From Flavobacteriales bacterium (GTDB lineage Bacteria; Bacteroidota; Bacteroidia; Flavobacteriales; Flavobacteriaceae), in NCBI GenBank assembly GCA_038259855.1, contig JBBSOJ010000001.1, positions 1 through 41,343 of the forward strand: a DNA stretch of 41,343 nucleotides, read 5' to 3'. A model generated the notes under the pieces. The model saw nothing but the letters and a program-made list of their open reading frames with translations, did not search any database and had not been told where the DNA came from. This document shows, piece by piece, positions 36,148 through 41,343 of the stretch; within the stretch, counting starts at the first letter, position 1; the number at the start of each line of letters is the position of its first letter. Both the position numbers and the translations under genes were made by a program.

Positions 36148-36525
36148 TTATTCAGCCTCTTTATCTTCATAAAAATCATCGATATCGCGTCGGTCTTTTT
36201 TCGTAGGCCTGCCAACCCCTTTTTTACGATAATAATCTTTGGAATATTTTAAAAGATCCTGCGCTTCAAACGCTTCTTTAGGGGTCTCATCAGTTCTATA
36301 TAGCCCCACTAACTTGGCCCCAACGCGGCTTGGTGGAATGTCATTCACTACGATCTGATAGTTGATCTGGTCTTTGCGCAGCTGAATTTTATCCGTTGGA
36401 TAAATTTCTCTACTTGGCTTCACAACCTGATCGTTTATCTTAATATGTCCTTTCTTACAAGCTTCTGTGGCAATACTCCGTGTTTTGTAGTATCGAATGC
36501 ACCAAAGATATTTATCAATTCGCAT
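36148..36525 (-). CDS. hslR: S4-domain RNA-binding protein (Hsp15/HslR); start at MRIDKYLW
   Basis: MRIDKYLW..RYYKTRS.A and GRPTKKDRR motifs. Confidence 0.9.
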   Translation of the reverse strand: MRIDKYLWCIRYYKTRSIATEACKKGHIKINDQVVKPSREIYPTDKIQLRKDQINYQIVVNDIPPSRVGAKLVGLYRTDETPKEAFEAQDLLKYSKDYYRKKGVGRPTKKDRRDIDDFYEDKEAE

Positions 36526-36607
36526 ATCAGTATTATAAAAAGTAACGTTAATGTTCTTGTACAAAAATATTATATTATTGTATCTTGCGAAGCAAAAATA
36601 AGCAATA

Positions 36608-37660
36608 ATGAACTTTAAAAAATTAACACTAATTGCCTTTGTCTTTTTATCGATTTTGACTTCGTGTACGGATGATGACGATAATGGCGGCTTTATAGCG
36701 ATACCGCCCCGTGACAGAGCAGAACAACAGATTGTTGATAAGGATTCTCTTATAAATTATCTTGAGACTCATTATTATAATGAAGCTACCTTTTTAACTC
36801 CTGGAACCCATTCAATCGAGGAATTGGTCATCCAAGAACTTCCAAGAGATACGGACGGTAGTTATTTGCCTTTGCCAAATCCTGATACCAACAAAATTTT
36901 GATGGATTCTGACTTGCTTGAAACGTTTGAAACAACCTATGTAGGCGTTAACTACGAGTATTATGTGTTAAGGCTAAATACCGGAGCAGGTGATTCTCCA
37001 AGATTCACGGATCAGGTGAGGGTAGTGTATACCGGAAACTTATTTAATGGTGTTATTTTTGATAGTACGCCGAACCCCATTGATTTGCCAATGACCACGG
37101 ACCAGGGTGGTGGTGTCATCGAAGGATGGAAGTTGGTGTTTCCAACCTTCAAGAGCTCTGCATCATTTATGTCGAATAGTAATGGTACAATATCGTACGA
37201 GGACTACGGTTTAGGAGCTATGTTTTTACCTTCTGGATTGGCATATTTTGAAGTATCTCCAAGTTCTTTAATCCCAACATATTCGAATCTTATTTTTAAG
37301 TTTGAATTGCTTCAAATTGAAGTTTTAGATCACGATAATGATGGAATTCCTTCTTATGTTGAGGATTTAGAAGATAATAAGAACATTTTTGATGATGATA
37401 CAGATGGTGACTTAAGACCTAATTATGTCGATGCTGATGATGATGGCGATGGTGTCCTTACTTTAGACGAGTTGGATTCTCGCACATATTTGGTGATTTC
37501 AGGTGATGACGAACCAATATTAGCAGCGAATGAATATGAAAGATCTAGAACAACTTTAAATGGTGATATTACCATTAAAACTGTGATTGCAATGGATTCT
37601 GATAACAATGGAACGCCAGATTATTTAGAATCTAATATCACCATTAATTATAATGAATAA
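36608..37660 (+). CDS. FKBP-type peptidyl-prolyl isomerase lipoprotein with Asp-rich Ca-binding repeats
   Basis: Lipobox LTSC; V.YTG....FDS, VIEGW, PSGLAY and LIFKFEL motifs; DHDNDG, DTDGD and DDDGDG repeats. Confidence 0.9.
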   Translation: MNFKKLTLIAFVFLSILTSCTDDDDNGGFIAIPPRDRAEQQIVDKDSLINYLETHYYNEATFLTPGTHSIEELVIQELPRDTDGSYLPLPNPDTNKILMDSDLLETFETTYVGVNYEYYVLRLNTGAGDSPRFTDQVRVVYTGNLFNGVIFDSTPNPIDLPMTTDQGGGVIEGWKLVFPTFKSSASFMSNSNGTISYEDYGLGAMFLPSGLAYFEVSPSSLIPTYSNLIFKFELLQIEVLDHDNDGIPSYVEDLEDNKNIFDDDTDGDLRPNYVDADDDGDGVLTLDELDSRTYLVISGDDEPILAANEYERSRTTLNGDITIKTVIAMDSDNNGTPDYLESNITINYNE

Positions 37661-37680
37661 TGGTATTAGTCTGATATAAA

Positions 37681-37705
37681 AAAAAGCCGCTATATGCGGC
37701 TTTTT
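37681..37705. terminator. Bidirectional rho-independent terminator
   Basis: AAAAAGCCGC-TATAT-GCGGCTTTTT. Confidence 0.85.
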
Positions 37706-37717
37706 ATGTTTATTATA

Positions 37718-38359
37718 TCAGAGTTTGAAGGAGGCACTTAAGATTAGCTGTTCAGGTCGTGTATCTATTCTACTTACGACCCCAGTGCTTATATTGTCGT
37801 TAATAAAGATGGCTTCATTATCTGAAAAGCCGCGTTCGTATCTTAAATCAATTCCAAATTTTTTGAAATTGAGTCCAATTCCGAAGTTTAAGCCCACTGT
37901 AAAATCATCATTAACTTCTTCTATGCTAATGCCATCAAATTCGGTACCTATAATGTACTGTAAAGATGGTCCTGCAAACACACTGACAGGTCCGATAACT
38001 TTGAATCCAACCAACAGCGGTGCGTCTATTTTTTTCATTGTAAAGTCGTCACTGTTGTAAGTGCTTTTAGTAGCGGTATACACCAGCTCTGGTCGAAAAT
38101 AAACATCTTCACCTAGTTTACCAAACACGCCTACGTGATAACCAACATTTCTATCTGGCGATTGGGCATTTGATTCTATGGACTCAAAATAGTCACCATT
38201 GCCGTTATAATTCAATCCGGCTTTAATACCGAAACCACTGTCACTTTGAGCATGTGTTGTGCTACAGATGGCAGTGGTAACTATGGTTGCAAGAAGAACT
38301 CCGTTCTTCTTTAAAGATTGAAAGTCTAAAAACTTTATACTTTTTTTTGATGTTTTCAT
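37718..38359 (-). CDS. Outer-membrane beta-barrel (porin family) protein
   Basis: Signal peptide ending THAQ; FGIKAGLN, RPELVY, AGP and DLRYERG motifs. Likely start at ATG 38359. Confidence 0.88.
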   Translation of the reverse strand: MKTSKKSIKFLDFQSLKKNGVLLATIVTTAICSTTHAQSDSGFGIKAGLNYNGNGDYFESIESNAQSPDRNVGYHVGVFGKLGEDVYFRPELVYTATKSTYNSDDFTMKKIDAPLLVGFKVIGPVSVFAGPSLQYIIGTEFDGISIEEVNDDFTVGLNFGIGLNFKKFGIDLRYERGFSDNEAIFINDNISTGVVSRIDTRPEQLILSASFKL

Positions 38360-38414
38360 AATAGTTGCTTTATCATTTTTGATTTGTAGTATCAAAAACG
38401 CATGCAGACTATTA

Positions 38415-39368
38415 TTATTTTCTTGACATGACTTTTTTAACAGCTTTTATGATGGCATCTTTATTCAAACCATATTTTTCCATTAATTGTGCAGGCGTTC
38501 CAGATTCTCCAAAAGTGTCATGAGTTGCGACAAATTCTTGCGGAGTAGGTGTGTTCAAAGCAAGAACACGTGATACACTTTCTCCCAAACCTCCCAGGTA
38601 ATTATGCTCTTCTGCGGTGACAATGCAACCAGTTTTCTTTACAGATTTTAGAATGGCGTTGTCATCCAGAGGCTTAATGGTATGGATATTTATGACTTCT
38701 GCCGAAATACCACTTTCATTAAGAACTTTTGATGCCTCCAAAGCTTCCCAAACCAAATGACCTGTCGCCACGATGGTGACATCAACTCCTTCAGTTAGCT
38801 GAACGGCTTTACCGATTTCAAATTTTTGATCTTCGGATGTGAAATTAGCAACCGACGGCCTTCCAAAACGTAAATAGACAGGACCATGATGTTCAGCAAT
38901 GGCAATGGTGGCAGCTTTGGTCTGATTGTAATCACAGGTATTGATGACCGTCATACCTGGTAACATTTTCATCAAACCGATATCTTCCAATATTTGATGA
39001 GTCGCGCCATCTTCACCAAGTGTTAAACCTGCATGCGATGCGCAAATTTTTACATTTTTATCAGAATAGGCAACACTTTGACGAATTTGATCATAAACGC
39101 GACCTGTAGAGAAATTGGCAAAAGTTCCTGTAAATGGTATTTTTCCACCAATTGTGAGACCCGCAGCGATACCAATCATGTTTGCTTCTGCAATACCAAC
39201 TTGAAAAAAACGTTCTGGATGGTTCTTTTTAAAATCATCCATTTTCAAAGAACCAATTAAATCGGCACAAAGTGCCACTACGTTCTCGTTGGTTTGTCCC
39301 AATTCTGTCAATCCCGCTCCAAATCCTGATCTTGTATCTTTATTACCTGTATTTGTGTATGTTTTCAT
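38415..39368 (-). CDS. Transketolase, C-terminal subunit
   Basis: GIAEANM, GEDGATHQ, GPVYLR, TIKPLD and EEH motifs. Confidence 0.96.
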   Translation of the reverse strand: MKTYTNTGNKDTRSGFGAGLTELGQTNENVVALCADLIGSLKMDDFKKNHPERFFQVGIAEANMIGIAAGLTIGGKIPFTGTFANFSTGRVYDQIRQSVAYSDKNVKICASHAGLTLGEDGATHQILEDIGLMKMLPGMTVINTCDYNQTKAATIAIAEHHGPVYLRFGRPSVANFTSEDQKFEIGKAVQLTEGVDVTIVATGHLVWEALEASKVLNESGISAEVINIHTIKPLDDNAILKSVKKTGCIVTAEEHNYLGGLGESVSRVLALNTPTPQEFVATHDTFGESGTPAQLMEKYGLNKDAIIKAVKKVMSRK

Positions 39369-39468
39369 TTTCCGCTCCCAGCCTTTCCAAAGAATAGGCT
39401 ATTATGGGTTATTTAATGTTAGTTATAATTTTAAAAATCGGTCCTTTCGAAAAGTTTTTAGGTTGGGA

Positions 39469-40314
39469 TTAATAGTCCCCAATGGTTTCAGCATTCTGCT
39501 TCAATCCAATTTCAAGCTGCTCATCATTTGGCGCCTTTCCATGCCAAGCGTGGGTATGCATCATAAAATCAACCCCGTTGCCCATGACTGTAGTTAAGAG
39601 CACACAGACTGGTTTTCCATTCCCTGTTTTAGATTTTGCATCTGCCATTCCTTTTAATATCGCCTCCACATTATTGCCTTCTTTGATCTCGCATACGATC
39701 CATCCAAAGGCTTCAAACTTGGCTTTTATACTTCCCATAGGTAACACCTCGTCGGTAGCACCGTCAATCTGTTGTCCGTTTAAATCAATTGTCGAGATGA
39801 GGTTATCAACTTTTTTTGCGGAAGCATACATGATGGCTTCCCAATTTTGACCTTCCTGTAATTCGCCATCACCGTGTAAACTATAGATCAAATGGTCATC
39901 ATTATTGAGTTTTTTAGCTTGAGCGGCTCCGATGGCAACAGACATTCCTTGTCCCAAAGATCCTGAAGCGATCCTGATGCCTGGCAACCCTTCATGTGTT
40001 GTTGGATGTCCCTGCAAGCGGGAATCAATCAATCTAAAGGTACTCAATTCCTCTACAGGAAAATATCCGGTTCTTGCTAGAACACTGTAGAATACTGGTG
40101 ATATATGACCGTTGCTTAAGAAAAATAAATCCTCACCCATGCCATCCATATCAAACCCTTCTTTTCTGTCCATGATCTCCTTATAAAGAGCGACAAAAAA
40201 TTCAGCGCAGCCTAATGACCCGCCCGGATGGCCTGAATTGACTTTGTGAACCATACGCAAAATATCGCGTCTTACCTGTGTGACCAAATCTTCTAAATGT
40301 TTCGTATCTGACAT
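39469..40314 (-). CDS. Transketolase, N-terminal subunit
   Basis: SGHPGGSL, LSNGH, LQGHP, GSLGQG, GDGE TPP-binding motif and WHG. Confidence 0.96.
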   Translation of the reverse strand: MSDTKHLEDLVTQVRRDILRMVHKVNSGHPGGSLGCAEFFVALYKEIMDRKEGFDMDGMGEDLFFLSNGHISPVFYSVLARTGYFPVEELSTFRLIDSRLQGHPTTHEGLPGIRIASGSLGQGMSVAIGAAQAKKLNNDDHLIYSLHGDGELQEGQNWEAIMYASAKKVDNLISTIDLNGQQIDGATDEVLPMGSIKAKFEAFGWIVCEIKEGNNVEAILKGMADAKSKTGNGKPVCVLLTTVMGNGVDFMMHTHAWHGKAPNDEQLEIGLKQNAETIGDY

Positions 40315-40337
40315 GTTATATTTGTTAATTTATGTCG

Positions 40338-40368
40338 CAAAAATAAAGGTTTACTAGTCCTTAACAAA
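40338..40368 (-). promoter_or_regulatory. Canonical Bacteroidota promoter for transketolase
   Basis: TTTG (-33; 40368-40365), a 19-nt spacer, then TATTTTTG (-7; 40345-40338). Confidence 0.75.
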
Positions 40369-40556
40369 AATGGCATCGATGCACTTATTAACGAATTCAC
40401 CACTTTTGCTAACAATTGTAGTTTTATTAGGAAACAAAGTGATTGAGTTATTTATCTTTGCGCGTACCATCAGCATTGTATTTTTAGAATACCATCAACC
40501 TCTACTGGAGTTTTTTAAAGAGTAATTAAAATAATATTTTACGTAGGTTTGCCCAC

Positions 40557-41343
40557 ATGACATTCGATTTATTAGCAAAAGATTCACAAAGTAGCGCCAG
40601 AGCAGGAACCATAACAACCGATCACGGCGTGATTGAAACACCAATTTTTATGCCCGTTGGTACGGTAGCATCCGTTAAAGGAGTGCACCAACGAGAATTA
40701 AAGAACGACATCAATCCCGATATTATTCTCGGAAACACCTATCATCTCTATTTACGCCCTCAAACCAAGATTCTAGAGCAAGCAGGGGGTTTGCATAAAT
40801 TCATGAATTGGGATCGTAATATTTTGACTGATTCTGGAGGGTATCAAGTATATTCTCTATCTGACAACAGAAAAATAAAAGAAGAAGGCGTAAAATTCAA
40901 ATCACACATCGATGGTAGCTACCATGTGTTTACCCCCGAGAATGTAATGGAAATCCAGCGAACCATAGGAGCCGATATCATCATGGCGTTTGATGAATGC
41001 ACACCCTATCCTTGTGATTACCGATACGCACAACGAAGCATGCACATGACGCATCGTTGGCTGGATCGCTGTATCAAACATCTTGAAAAACTACCATTTA
41101 AATACGATTACAGCCAAACATTTTTTCCAATTGTTCAGGGCAGTACCTATAAAGATCTACGACAACAGTCCGCAGAGTATATTGCCAATGCAGGTGCCGA
41201 AGGTAATGCCATTGGCGGATTGTCAGTGGGCGAACCAGCGGAAGAGATGTATGCCATGACGGAAGTGGTCACTGCTATTTTACCGGAGGACAAGCCACGC
41301 TATTTAATGGGCGTTGGTACACCGATCAATATTTTAGAAAATA
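40557..41343 (+). CDS. tgt: tRNA-guanine transglycosylase (runs off the window end)
   Basis: ARAG...TPIFMPVGT, LGNTYHL, LTDSGGYQ, MAFDEC, IVQG, AIGGLSVGE and KPRYLMGVG motifs. Confidence 0.97.
   Translation, partial: MTFDLLAKDSQSSARAGTITTDHGVIETPIFMPVGTVASVKGVHQRELKNDINPDIILGNTYHLYLRPQTKILEQAGGLHKFMNWDRNILTDSGGYQVYSLSDNRKIKEEGVKFKSHIDGSYHVFTPENVMEIQRTIGADIIMAFDECTPYPCDYRYAQRSMHMTHRWLDRCIKHLEKLPFKYDYSQTFFPIVQGSTYKDLRQQSAEYIANAGAEGNAIGGLSVGEPAEEMYAMTEVVTAILPEDKPRYLMGVGTPINILEN

Noticed and set aside
1-41343. CRISPR array, anti-phage defence system, prophage or conjugation genes
   Set aside because: No repeat-spacer array was seen, and no nuclease/ATPase defence, structural phage, relaxase or T4SS motifs were recognised. 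The unassigned ORF at 27995-28870 shows no catalytic motif I can identify.

Overview
AT-rich DNA from a Bacteroidota genome, most likely Flavobacteriaceae (TAnnTTTG -7 promoters, gene families). The right end (34900-41343) is core genome: tRNA-Lys(UUU), aroK, a phosphoribosyltransferase, an S4/Hsp15 protein, an FKBP lipoprotein, an outer-membrane beta-barrel, split transketolase and the start of tgt. Everything from about 1370 to 34899 is a ~33.5 kb island inserted at the 3' end of tRNA-Lys. It is bounded by a 106-bp direct repeat (1286-1391 / 34816-34921) and has no integrase of its own. A broken tyrosine integrase lies just outside, to the left, and apparently belongs to a second element stacked in tandem. 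The island is a compact general-stress cargo: KatE, PA2169-family protein, Pmp3, HPF, DJ-1/PfpI, VOC, two DUF421, PRC-barrel and several tiny hydrophilic proteins. The best candidates for undescribed biology are: (1) a convergent seven-gene biosynthetic locus (acyl-CoA-dehydrogenase-fold flavoprotein, PIG-L deacetylase-NodS methyltransferase fusion, five glycosyltransferases); (2) a coupled YqcI/YcgG heme N-hydroxylase plus lone DUF1989 pair; (3) three AraC paralogues with a catalytically dead SRAP protein, and a shared 21-bp-spaced tandem motif over the -33 position of at least five island promoters. All family calls come from motifs recognised by eye; no searches were run.
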